A DNA stretch of 64,000 nt from positions 4,480,001-4,544,000 of the forward strand of contig OY759599.1 in NCBI GenBank assembly GCA_963662465.1, read 5' to 3'. This document shows positions 1 to 10,451 of the stretch, one piece after another; position 1 is the first letter of the stretch, and every line of letters starts with the position of its first letter. Under the pieces are notes generated by a model. That model was not told where the DNA came from. It ran no database searches and worked only from the letters and a program-made list of their open reading frames with translations. The stretch comes from Desulfatiglandales bacterium. Lineage in GTDB: Bacteria > Desulfobacterota > DSM-4660 > Desulfatiglandales > Desulfatiglandaceae. Position numbers and translations under genes: made by a program.

Positions 1-759
1 GTTACCCGGACGTCTATCCATACGAGCAGCTCAAAATTGATCGAGCTGTCGCCATATTGAATAAACGTAACCATGGGTTTATGGGATTTTGAAACCATGG
101 GCTCTTTCTCCGCAATCTTCAGCAATATCTCCTTAACCTGCCGGGTGTCGGCATGATAGAAAACCCCCACCGGCAGGGCAATGCGAATCATGGGGGACGA
201 CAACGAATAATTTACAATCGTGTTCGAAATCAGGTTGGCGTTGGGAACAATGCATTTTGCCGCCGAATATGATCGCAAAACCGCTGATGATATTGGCGGC
301 CGTGTGCTGCAGTCCCAAGCCGATTCCGATGCCGGCGGCGCCCGCAAAAATCAGAAGAAACCGAAGATCAAGTCCCACAACCTCCAAGGTAATCATTGAC
401 AATATTGTGGCGTACAACAGCATTTTTCTAAAAGGATGAAACAAAAACAGGATCACAACTATGGAAACCGAGATCGCAAATTTCAGCAGGTCGATCACAT
501 CGGGCCGAACCTGAAAGCCTCCCGCGCCCTGAGTTACCGCGGCGCCGACCAGGCCATATAGAAGGGCCAGGCGTGCCAGGTGAAAAATATTCTTCCCATA
601 GCGGGATGTTGCCTTGAAAAGATCCTGGGTCAGTGACTCACGCAGGAAACTGATGACCAGGGAGCCAATAACCCAGAGAATCAGGAATTTCCCGGTCAGC
701 TGAAACCAAACCGCCTGATAGTGGATCATGGCTTTGATCAGGGAAGTGGCGCACCTCAT
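1..759 (-). pseudogene. mscS: Mechanosensitive channel MscS-family pseudogene (internal deletion and frameshift; runs off the left edge)
   Basis: GAAGIGIGLGLQHTAANIISGFAIIFGGK is joined directly to IVPNANLISNTIVNYS...IRIALPVGVS, then EILLKIAEKEP...QYGDSSINFELLVWID in another frame. The middle beta domain is missing. Confidence 0.8.
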
Positions 760-839
760 TGAATCCGCCGACGCTCAAATTGAAATCGGTTATGCGGACT
801 ACCACGATATGATGGTCTCTTTGGCCGCCGAACTGATCA

Positions 840-1000
840 GGCCCGACTGGCTCCAGATCGGCACACTGATCAATCCCATGCGCCATATTATCGTCGCACT
901 GCGCAATATATTTCTGGAAGGCGCCGGGGCCGGATTAGTCTGGCCGCAGATCTGGCCGCTTTTGCTGGCGGCGTGGTTGTTTCGGCATCGATCGCAGTGA
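840..1000 (+). pseudogene. C-terminal fragment of an ABC-2 type permease
   Basis: PDWLQIGTLINPMRHIIVALRNIFLEGAGAGLVWPQIWPL resembles the C-terminus of YbhR/YbhS-like permeases; no N-terminus is present. Confidence 0.6.
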
Positions 1001-1239
1001 TCAGCAGGGCGGGTCGAGGGACAACCAAACAACAGACAGCATCTATATCCCAGAACCGGAGCGCATTACGCCCTTTGCGGATATCACAAGCCACATACTT
1101 TTTTGTAATCATCAAAATACATGATGCACCCTATTTCAATCGCAAAAACGCTTCTCTATAATTGGGGCCGAGTAAGATAGGGCAAAATGAAGTTGGAAGC
1201 CGGGAGGATCGGCATGGCCGCACACGATGTCATTTCAAG

Positions 1240-1600
1240 CTTTTCACCAGGGGATGGAAAGAACCGGTGGATGATTTTGTCCGTGTTTTCCCGAGCCGCA
1301 TCAAGGCCTATGAATCCTTGCTGACGCACAATGCCATTTTTAAGGGCCGCACCAAAGGGATCGGCCGTCTTTCTCTGGACGACGCCATCGAATAGGGAAT
1401 TACAGGCCCTATGCTGCGGGGAAGCGGGCTCAACTGGGATGTCAGGAAAAACATGCCCTACTCGGGGTATGAAGCCTTTGACTTTGATATTCCCTGCTTC
1501 AGCGAGGGAGACTGCTACGCCCGCTATTGGGTCCGAATCGAGGAAATGCGCCAGAGCCTGAGAATCATTGAACAAGCGGCACGGAACATGCCCCCCGGGA
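1240..1600 (+). pseudogene. nuoD: NADH-quinone oxidoreductase subunit D internal fragment
   Basis: AIFKGRTKGIG...[38 protein letters not shown]...[23 protein letters not shown]. In-frame TAG at 1393-1395; both ends are missing. Confidence 0.9.
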
Positions 1601-2030
1601 ACAAGCCATCCATGTCATGTACGCGCTGCAGAACCATTACGGTTATCTGAGCGATGCGGCCGTTGGCGAAGCCGCTGATCTTCTGGGCATGACGCCCCTT
1701 GAAATTGACGAACTGGCCACCTTTTATGACTTCATCTACCGGGAACCGGTGGGTAAGTATGTAATTCATGTGTGCGACAGCATTATCTGCTGGATGTTCG
1801 GAGAAGAATCCGTCATGGAATATCTTTCCGGAAAACTGGGGATCAATCCGGGGGAAACCACGCCGGATGGGCTCTTCACCATTTTACCCGCCTGCTGCGT
1901 AGGCTATTGCGACCATGCACCGGCCATGCTCGTCAATGGAAAACCCTACGGCCCCCTGACGCCCGCTTTCATCGACCTCACCCTGGAAGCCCTCAGGCAA
2001 CAGCATCCTGAATCTCAGGAGGTCCGATAA
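1594..2030 (+). pseudogene. nuoE: NuoE (2Fe-2S), N-terminally truncated
   Basis: ATFYDFIYREPVGKYVIHVCDSIIC...CCVGYCDHAPAMLVNG. The 5' end is fused to nuoD at ccccggg ([13 protein letters not shown]). Confidence 0.85.
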
Positions 2031-3370
2031 TGGCCTGGGAACCCTTTTTGCTTCCCCAAAACAGGGACCGGACCCTGTCCCTGGATGATTACCGCCAAAG
2101 GGGCGGCTATGAGGGACTCCTCAAAATGCTTCGGCACTACTCCCCAGCCGAGACCCGGAAAATCGTGACGGACTCAGGGTTGCAGGGCCGTGGGGGAGCG
2201 GGATCTCCCGCGGGCCAAAAATGGGACCTCTTGAAGGATGACGCCCCCCATCCCCGTTACATTGTGGCCAACACGGATGAAATGGAGCCGGGGACCTTTA
2301 AGGATCGCGTACTTCTTTCCCTGAATCCCCACACGGTCATCGAAGGAATGATCATTGCCGGCTATGCCAATGCCGCCCAAAAAGGGTATTTCTTCATTCG
2401 ACCCTCCTACCACTGGGTGGCCCTGGAATTTGAAAAAGCCCTTCAGGAAGCCAGGGCGTCAGGCTTTTTGGGCCATCATATCCTGGGAACGGATTATACC
2501 TTTGATATCGTCGTTCACCGGAGCGCGGGCCGGTATATCTGCGGGGAGGCCAAGGGATTGATCCATGCCCTTGAGGGTCAAAGACCCCACCCCACCATTC
2601 CGGGCCACCTGACCGATGAGGGACTCTGGGGTAAACCCACCATTGTCAACAATGCGGAGACCCTGGCCTGCGTGCCGCATATCATCCGCAACGGTCTGGA
2701 ATGGTTCAAGAATCTGAGGAAACACGACAAGGCCCCCGGGAACAAGATCTACAGCGTAAGCGGACGGGTCAACCGTCCCGGAGCCTTTGAACTCCCCTTT
2801 GGAACCCCCCTGGGAGAGATCATCCGGGAACACGCCGGCGGCATGATTTCAGGATGCCGATTCAAGCCCTGTCTTCCCAGCGGGGCCTCCACCCGGTATT
2901 TGAAAGAGGAATTTTTTCACGTCCCCATGGACTTTGAATCCATGGCCGGGATCGGCCGCGGACATCGACTGGGGACGGGCGCCGTCATGGTATTGGATCA
3001 GGACACGTGCCTGGTGGCGGCCACCCTGAACCTGATACGGTTTTTCGCCAGGGAATCCTACGGCTGGTGCACCCCCTTCCGGGAGGGAATCCCCTATATG
3101 GAGACCCTGCCTTCAGCCATTGAAAACGGAGAAGGAAAACCATCCTTCACCCCCCTTCTTCGGGAGATATGCGGCCACATGAGACGGGCCTACTGCGCCT
3201 TTGCCATGGGGGCGGCAGCTCCCGTGCAGGCCCTGCTGGAAGATTTTTCAGAAGAGGTGCAGGCCCACATAAGCCTCAAGAAATGCCCATTTGAACATAG
3301 GGCCAAAGACCATTGGCCTATCAAAGAGAATCCAACAGGACCCGGGAGCGTTCCGGATCTTGAACCGTGA
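2030..3370 (+). CDS. nuoF: NuoF (FMN/NADH-binding), full length but probably inactive
   Basis: SGLQGRGGAG, DEMEPGTFKDR, AGRYICGE. The N3 ligand motif reads ESYGWCTPFREG instead of ESCGxCxPCREG. Confidence 0.9.
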   Translation: MAWEPFLLPQNRDRTLSLDDYRQRGGYEGLLKMLRHYSPAETRKIVTDSGLQGRGGAGSPAGQKWDLLKDDAPHPRYIVANTDEMEPGTFKDRVLLSLNPHTVIEGMIIAGYANAAQKGYFFIRPSYHWVALEFEKALQEARASGFLGHHILGTDYTFDIVVHRSAGRYICGEAKGLIHALEGQRPHPTIPGHLTDEGLWGKPTIVNNAETLACVPHIIRNGLEWFKNLRKHDKAPGNKIYSVSGRVNRPGAFELPFGTPLGEIIREHAGGMISGCRFKPCLPSGASTRYLKEEFFHVPMDFESMAGIGRGHRLGTGAVMVLDQDTCLVAATLNLIRFFARESYGWCTPFREGIPYMETLPSAIENGEGKPSFTPLLREICGHMRRAYCAFAMGAAAPVQALLEDFSEEVQAHISLKKCPFEHRAKDHWPIKENPTGPGSVPDLEP

Positions 3371-3380
3371 GCTGTCAAAA

Positions 3381-4550
3381 ATGCCGAAACTGATCATTGA
3401 CGACCGGGAAATTGAAGTTCCCAAAGGAACCAAGGTGATTGAGGCGGCCGAGCGCCTGGGGATCATGATCCCCAGATTCTGCTACCATGAAGCCCTGGGT
3501 TCCGTGGGGGCGTGCCGCATGTGCGCCGTGAAATTCCTGGAAGGCCCCCGCAAAGGGATTGACATGAGCTGCATGGTGGAGGCCAAAGACGGCGCGGATC
3601 TTGCCGGGCTTCTTCATGAAGGGGCTGAAAGCGCGGGTCTTTTCTACCTTCTGCCCGGACCCAATGCCTTTGGCGCCGGGTTGTTGTCTCCCACACAAGA
3701 TCAGGAATCGGTACTTAAAACCATTGAATCTGGAAAGGTCGACGCCCTGATTCTCGTGGAGCAGGATACTTTTTGGTTCTATCCGGATTCCCAACGACTC
3801 GATCAGGCCTTAAACAAGCTGAGTTTTCTTCTCGTTCTCGATTATCTTCCTTCTCCCTCCGCCAAAAGAGCCCATGGGGTTCTGCCCACAACCCCCCATT
3901 TTGAGCGTACCTCCGGCAGTTTCGTGAATCAAGAGGGAAGACTTCAGAAAGCACTCCCCATCCACCGTGGAGGAACGCCCATCTCCCAGATCAGCGGGGG
4001 ACACCCCCCCCCAGGACATTCCTGGACCATATCCCCGGCGGAGACCCAAAGGCGGCCCATGAGGTATTGGCCGAACTCTATGCCGCCATATCAGGTCAAG
4101 CGGAAGGGACGCTTCTAAAGGATCTTTGGGCTTGGATGGCTGAGGAAAAACCGATTTTCAATGCGCTTTCATTCTCGACCGATGGAATTCGCCTGGTTCC
4201 CCACAGCGCCCCGGAAGATAATATTTTCTCCTGGAGGGCCGGGGAAGCACAACTCCGAAACGCGGGATTGGAACTCCTGCTCACCGATTGGACCTTCGGG
4301 ACGGAAGAGCTGTCCTCTTATTCCTGTCCTGCCGGAAAAGGGGAAGCAATCCCGACGCTATCGATGCATCCTGACGATGCCGCGCGGTTGAACCTGGCCG
4401 ATCGAGACAGGGTCGCCCTTGACCTGGATAAAGGAGAAGCGGTTTTGGAACTTTGCATTCGATCCAACATGGCGCCGGGCGTGGTCATACCCCCCAGGCA
4501 TCGTCAGGTAAAATGGCGGAAGTTAAAACAGTGGCCGGTGTTCCTGCCGG
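3381..4550 (+). pseudogene. nuoG: NuoG remnant with large internal deletion and frameshift
   Basis: MPKLIIDDREIEVPKGT...PRFCYH...GACRMCAV...MSC jumps after EAKDG to C-terminal molybdopterin-fold segments ([22 protein letters not shown]). Frameshift in a C run near 4004-4012. Confidence 0.88.
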
Positions 4551-4882
4551 AGGCGGAAAACGAACTGGTGGCCGGCTACCACACGGAGTACAGCGGCATG
4601 CGCTTCGGTCTCTTTTTTCTGGGAGAATATGTCGCCATGATTGTTCTGGGCGCCCTGGCGACGGTCTTTTTTCTGGGCGGGTGGCATGGTCCGGTTCTGC
4701 CTTCCATGGTGTGGTTTTTGGGGAAGACCGCCGTCATTGTCTTTGTAATGGTGTGGATACGGGCCACGCTGCCCAGGTTGAGATACGATCAACTCATGCA
4801 CCTGGGGTGGAAAGTCCTGATGCCGGCAGCCCTTTTGAACATCATCATAACAGGGGCCATTATTCTGCTAATCAGAGTTTGA
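4544..4882 (+). pseudogene. nuoH: NuoH C-terminal fragment fused in frame to the nuoG remnant
   Basis: [29 protein letters not shown]...[20 protein letters not shown]. Confidence 0.9.
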
Positions 4883-4895
4883 GCAAGGACAGGGA

Positions 4896-5453
4896 ATGAA
4901 CAACGGAAAAGAGGGCTACGTTAAAGAAACCATGGAGATTTTCAGCGGGCTGGCCCGGGGATTAATGACCACCCTGGCCCACCTGTTCAGGGGAAAGGTC
5001 AGCGAGGAATATCCTGAATACAAGCGACTGTTGCCCGAGCGGACCCGGGCCAGGATCATCCTCACCCGCGACCCGGAGGGCGAGGAACGCTGTGTGGCCT
5101 GTTATCTCTGTGCGGGCGCCTGCCCGGTGAGCTGCATCTCCATGGAAGGGGCGGAGCGAGAGGACGGCAGGCGTTGGGCCGCATGGTTTCGCATCAATTT
5201 TGCCCGGTGTATCTATTGCGGGCTGTGCGAGGAAGCCTGCCCCACCCTGGCCATACAACTGACCTCTCATTTTGAGTTCTGCGACAACGATATTTTAAAA
5301 CTGGTGGCGGAAAAAGAAGACCTCCTGGTGGATCACGGTGGAAAGAACAGCGAATATAATTTTTACCGTCATGCGGGTGTGGCCATGGTAGAAGGCAAAG
5401 GCGCCCATATCAATGAAAACGCACCGGTGAATGTAAAGAGCAACATGCCTTAA
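4896..5453 (+). CDS. nuoI: NuoI (2x4Fe-4S)
   Basis: EERCVACYLCAGACP and RCIYCGLCEEACP motifs are intact. Confidence 0.93.
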   Translation: MNNGKEGYVKETMEIFSGLARGLMTTLAHLFRGKVSEEYPEYKRLLPERTRARIILTRDPEGEERCVACYLCAGACPVSCISMEGAEREDGRRWAAWFRINFARCIYCGLCEEACPTLAIQLTSHFEFCDNDILKLVAEKEDLLVDHGGKNSEYNFYRHAGVAMVEGKGAHINENAPVNVKSNMP

Positions 5454-5475
5454 GCGGGACAAGGAGCATTAGACC

Positions 5476-6013
5476 ATGACATCATACGGCATCCTATTTT
5501 ATCTCCTGGCGGGTCTTCTACTGGTCTCAACGGCCCTGGCGGTTTCCCGCACAAGGCTGGTGCATACCATACGTTTACCTGGTCATTTCTTTTTTCGCCA
5601 CCGCCCTGCTCTTTTATCTGTTGGGCGCGCCTTTTTTGGCAGCCCTGGAAATGATCATCTATGCGGGCGCCATCATGGTCATGTTTCTTTTCATCATCAT
5701 GACCCTGCGACTGGAGGGAGATAAAGAACAGGACGGATCTTCTTTTCGGCGCTGGATTCCAGCCATCGTTCTGGGCGGCATCTCGCTGGTCCTCCTGACA
5801 GCGCTCATATGGGTGGGTCCGGGTCATGGACTTTTCTTGAAACCGGCCATGGCCTCCCCAAAGGAATTTGGGGGCTACCTCTTCAGGGAATTCTGGTTTC
5901 CCGTGGAAATCGCCTCCTTCCTTCTGTTCGTGGCGCTGGCAGGAGCGTTGTATCTGGGAAGAGAAAAGACAACCGGGGGGAAAACAACCGATCCTGAACG
6001 GGAGGCATCATGA
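5476..6013 (+). pseudogene. nuoJ: NuoJ, frameshifted near 5570
   Basis: N-terminus MTSYGILFYLLAG in one frame; APFLAALEMIIYAGAIMVMFLF...PVEIASFLLFVALAGA in another. Confidence 0.88.
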
Positions 6014-6315
6014 TGGTTTCTTACAGCCATGTCCTCATCTTAGCTGCGATTCTGTTTTTCATGGGCGCGGGGTGCGCACTGGCGCGCCGAAATCTGATCA
6101 TGATTCTCGTCGGTGTGGAGATCATGCTGAACGCGGCTGGGATTGCCTTTGTGGGGGCCTCCCTGAGATGGGAGTCGCTTGTCGGTCAGGGTTTTGTACT
6201 TTTTATCATGACCGTGGCCGCCTCCGAGGTGGCCGTCGGCCTTGCCTTGATCATTTATGTGCGCAGGCGGACAGGGTCGATCAACGCCGATGAATACAGC
6301 TTACTGAAAGGATAA
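6010..6315 (+). CDS. nuoK: NuoK
   Basis: RRNLIMILVGVEIMLNAA...VAASEVAVGLALI. Confidence 0.93.
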   Translation: MMVSYSHVLILAAILFFMGAGCALARRNLIMILVGVEIMLNAAGIAFVGASLRWESLVGQGFVLFIMTVAASEVAVGLALIIYVRRRTGSINADEYSLLKG

Positions 6316-6326
6316 GGGGAACCCGG

Positions 6327-7309
6327 TTGAAAACAACCCTTTTTCTGTTGATTATTTTCCCTCTAACGGGAGCAGCCATTAACGAGATCTTCGGTCGGCG
6401 GCTCCCCAGAAAACTGGTGGAGGTCATCGCCTGTGCCGTCCTTTTGCTTAGCCTTGCCATGGCAACAACCGCCATTGTCAGGATCGGCGGCGACACCTGC
6501 GACTTCACTTTATTTCAGTGGTTCAAAGCGGGAGATCTCTCGGTGGCCATGGACATCCACTATGATGCCCTTGCCGCCATAATGGCGCTGATGGTCACTT
6601 TTGTGGCTTCCATTATTCATCTTTACTCCATCTCCTTCATGCGGGAAGACACGGATTACGGTCGCTATTTCTGTTACCTGAACCTCTTCGTCTTTTCCAT
6701 GCTGGTCATCGCGCTGGCCAACAATCTTATTTTTTTGTATCTGGGATGGGAAGGGGTGGGGTTCTGCTCCTACGCCCTGATCGGTTTCTGGTACGGGGAC
6801 CCGGTTAAGGCCACGGCCGGCAAAAAGGCATTCATCATGACCCGGGTGGGCGACATCGGCTTTGGTGTGGCCGTGGCCGTCTTATTTACGCATTTCGGAA
6901 CATTCTCCATCACCCATATCAACCCCCAGGCCGTGTCCTTGAATACTGAAACGGCCACGCTGCCAACCCTCCTGTTTCTATTTGAGGAACACGACATCTT
7001 TAAGATGGGCAACCTGAGCCGGCGCCTTCCCGGCGTATTTTAGCTCATGCTGGCAGGCGCCCTTTGTCTGAGTGCCTTTCCCACCCTGGGAGGGTATTTC
7101 AGCAAGGACCGGATCCTTCTGTCCACTTTCATCCACCCGACGACAAACGCATTAACCAAAGCCTGGAGAATTTCGCCGTCGGTTTTAATGTCGCAAGCCT
7201 CATGATGAGGCTATGTACAACGGGCAAGATCTCCACTTATCTTATCGCTTTCCTGGTGGGACTGGTGGGACTTCTCAGCGTCTTGGCGGTCCGGGTCGCC
7301 CTCTGGTAG
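6327..7309 (+). pseudogene. nuoL: NuoL with several internal deletions and a nonsense codon
   Basis: IHLYSISFM...RYFCYLNLFVFSM...GWEGVGFCSYALIGFWY...KAFIMTRVGD, then jumps. TAG at 7041-7043; C-terminal TGKISTYL. Confidence 0.9.
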
Positions 7310-8598
7310 TGGAGGACTACGCCTGGATCCCTTCAGTGGGAATTCGTTATACGCTGGCGATGGATGGTGTGAGTCTCATGCTGCTTCTTTTGACCACTTT
7401 TCTGGGAGCGCTTTGCATTCTCGTCTCCTGGAAACAGATCCAACGCAAGGTCAGCAGTTATTATTTCTTTCTTCTCACGACGCTTACCGGGATTTCAGGG
7501 GTGTTTTTAGCCACGGATCTCTTTCTCTTTTACTTTTTCTGGGAAATTCAGATGATTCCCATGTTCTTCCTGGTGGGCATCTGGGGACATGAACAACGCA
7601 CCCGAACGGCTATGAAATTCTTCCTTTTCACCATGCCCGGCAGTCTCTTCATGCTGCTTGCCATTATCGGTCTCTACGTCATTCATGGTCGTCAAACCGG
7701 AATTTACACCTTCGCCCTTCCCAGCCTACTCGGCACTTCCCTTTCAATCAGTGCCGAGGGGTGGCTTTATGCCGCCTTCATGCTCGCTTTCGGCATCAAA
7801 ATCCCCATGGTACCGCTGCACACCTGGCTTCCGGACACCCATACCCAGGCGCCCACGGCAGGGAGCGTGATTCTGGCGGGCCTCCTTTTGAAGACCGGCA
7901 TTTATGGTGTTTTTCGCTTCGCTTTGCCCCTTTTCCCGATGGCATTCAAGGCTTCCGTGCCCCTGCTCATGGTTCTGGACCTGATCGCATTGTTTTATGC
8001 CTCATGGATCGCCCTTTCCCAAGCGGACATCAAACGTCTCATTGCCTATTCCAGCATCGGCCACATGGGTCTGGTGGTGCTGGGGCTGGCCGTCTTCAAT
8101 GCCATCACCCTCAGCGGATCACTCCTTCAGATGATCAATCACGGCATTTCCGCTTCCGCTCTGTTTATCCTGGTGGGCATGCTCAATGAACGGATTGATT
8201 CCCGGCAGTTTAAAGACTTTGGAGGCCTGTGGAAAGCAATGCCGGTGTTTGGGGCCTTTTTCCTCTTTTTTTCCATGGCGGCACTGGGGCTGCCGGGGCT
8301 CAATAATTTCGTGGGCGAAATTTTCATTTTGGTCGGCACATACAGGGTATACCCCGTGGCCGCCGCTTTCGGGTTTGCGGGTCTGCTTTTCGGCGTCATT
8401 TACGTGCTGAGAATGGTTCAAGATACCCTTTTCGGAGAATTTAAGGGGGAAACATCGGCCCTTTGGGACGTGGATGTCCGTGAAACCGTAATTTTGGGGG
8501 CACTTGCCTTGAGCGTCCTCTTTCTGGGACTGTGGCCCAAACCGGTCCTCGACCTCTTTGAAGGGCCCGTGAATGCATTGATCGGCAACGTTTCCTGA
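7310..8598 (+). pseudogene. nuoM: NuoM lacking its N-terminal helices
   Basis: Begins directly after the nuoL stop at EDYAWIPSVGIRY. DLFLFYFFWE, IKIPMVPLHTWLPD, KRLIAYSSIGHMG, GLPGLNNFVGE. Confidence 0.88.
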
Positions 8599-8617
8599 AA
8601 GAACGTTAGGAGTTAAC

Positions 8618-10051
8618 ATGGGAAGCACATGGATTGCTATTTTTCCGGAAATCATTCTGGCAACGGGAGGGCTTCTGATTTTCTGCACCGGCGCCTTCCT
8701 GCAACGTCGGCCCGGACCACTGCTTTTTTTCATGGCCCTGATCTTTTTGGGAAGCGCCATCGGGGCTTTTGCATCCCTTCCCATTTCCGGCATATGCCTG
8801 AACGGCATGCTGGATGGCGGCGGCTACGCCCGGCTTTTCAGTACACTGATTGCCGCCATCGCGTTCATATGTCTCCTTTTCTCTTCACGATACGCCGGTA
8901 ACCGGGGTTTTGAAAACGATGAATATTACGGCATTCTCCTTTTTGCCGTTCTCGGTATGGATCTGGCGGCCATAGCCGCCCACTGGCTCATCTTCTTTTT
9001 GGGCCTGGAACTTTTGTCCATTTCCCTCTATATCCTGATTACCATCCGCGGGGAGGATCCTTTTTTTCGAGAAGCGAGCCTCAAATACCTGATCACGGGC
9101 GCCGTGGCCGGTGCGTTCCTCGCCTTCGGCATCGGCCTCTGGTATGCGGGGACCGGATCGTTATCGGTGATCACCCATCTCGCATCCGGCGCCGAACGCG
9201 TAGACATCCCGCTTATGCCGGCGGCGCCGGCGTTTATCCTGGTGGGGATCGGCTTCAAAATCTCAATGGCCCCCTTTCATCTATGGACGTCGGATGTTTA
9301 TCAGGGCTCCCCCGCGCCGGTCACCGCATTTTTGGCCGCGGGATCAAAAGTGGCGATATTCGCTTTCCTCATCCGCTTTTGTTTTCACATGCAGGCCCCG
9401 CTCTGGGAGGCGTTTAAGCCGATCCTCTGGATAGGGGCCTTTCTGACCCTGATAGCGGGCACGCTGACCGCCATCAGTCAGTCCGACCTCAAACGCCTTC
9501 TGGCCTATTCCTCCGTGGCGCAGATGGGATATCTCCTCATGACGCTTCTGGCCGTGAAAATGGAAAGCGGACGCTTTGCCCTGGCCTTCTATCTGATGGT
9601 GTACGCGGCCATGGATCTGGGCGCCTTCGGGATCATCGCCTCGCTGTCCCACGAAAAAAAGGACCGCGACGCCCTTGAAGCGTATCAGGGTCTCGGTTAC
9701 ACTCACCCCTGGCGTTCCGCCATCCTCACCCTCTGCCTTCTTTCTCTGGCAGGGCTTCCCCCGACCGCGGGGTTCGTTGGGAAGGTAATCCTTTTTAAGG
9801 CGGTGCTTCAGGCGGGAGAACTGTCTCTTGCCGTCATTGCCATCGCCATGGCGGTGCTCTCCATATACCTGTATATGAAGGTGGTAATCACTCTTTACAT
9901 GCGACCTGGCGAGGCAGTCGGGCACGCCCCCGCAATGGGCTCTTATGAACGGATGGGCGGAGTTCTGATTCTCCTCTTTCTCCTGTGGGCGGGAATTGCT
10001 CCCTCGCCCTTGCTGACCCTTATTGCCAGCATTGTTCCTTCAGGAGGATAG
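8618..10051 (+). CDS. nuoN: NuoN
   Basis: EASLKYLITGA, FKISMAPFHLW, KRLLAYSSVAQMGY, LSLAGLPPTAGFVGK. Confidence 0.93.
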   Translation: MGSTWIAIFPEIILATGGLLIFCTGAFLQRRPGPLLFFMALIFLGSAIGAFASLPISGICLNGMLDGGGYARLFSTLIAAIAFICLLFSSRYAGNRGFENDEYYGILLFAVLGMDLAAIAAHWLIFFLGLELLSISLYILITIRGEDPFFREASLKYLITGAVAGAFLAFGIGLWYAGTGSLSVITHLASGAERVDIPLMPAAPAFILVGIGFKISMAPFHLWTSDVYQGSPAPVTAFLAAGSKVAIFAFLIRFCFHMQAPLWEAFKPILWIGAFLTLIAGTLTAISQSDLKRLLAYSSVAQMGYLLMTLLAVKMESGRFALAFYLMVYAAMDLGAFGIIASLSHEKKDRDALEAYQGLGYTHPWRSAILTLCLLSLAGLPPTAGFVGKVILFKAVLQAGELSLAVIAIAMAVLSIYLYMKVVITLYMRPGEAVGHAPAMGSYERMGGVLILLFLLWAGIAPSPLLTLIASIVPSGG

Positions 10052-10052
10052 A
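10011..10052 (+). repeat. 42-bp direct repeat, left copy (attL-like; the nuoN 3' end)
   Basis: tgctgacccttattgccagcattgttccttcaggaggataga; 41/42 identical to 27790-27831. Confidence 0.9.
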
Positions 10053-10072
10053 AGTTTCGCTGTCTAATCGAC

Positions 10073-10280
10073 GATATCACACTATTTGCATTGGTTGGGA
10101 GTTATCCCTGCAAACACAGGTTTACCAAGACCAATATACGTTGGAGGTATACCCAGCTGGTGTCATCCAAAAAACGGCCAGTTTAAGGCATCTCCCAACC
10201 CTCATTCCGCTCCCATGCCAACGATGATATCACAGGCATTCGGCTGCGAGAAATCGGTTGAGATATCCATTCCGACCGAA
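10073..10280 (+). repeat. Non-coding repeat block B, copy 1
   Basis: 10140-10266 aligns ungapped to 23230-23356 with 18 mismatches in 127 nt (counted by hand). Also similar to 20597-20730 and 15054-15150. Confidence 0.9.
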
Positions 10281-10451
10281 CAGCATTCTGCAATCAACAA
10301 AACTGGCGGGGAGGTGGTGACCCTGACCTTTTAAGCCACCTGACGATTGTTTATATCGTTGGCAGGCCAATCCTGTCAGCAATTTTGACCTTTGACCTTT
10401 CTCGTCTCTCCCCATAATTTTTAGCCAATCCGTCTTGTCTTGGCCATAAAT

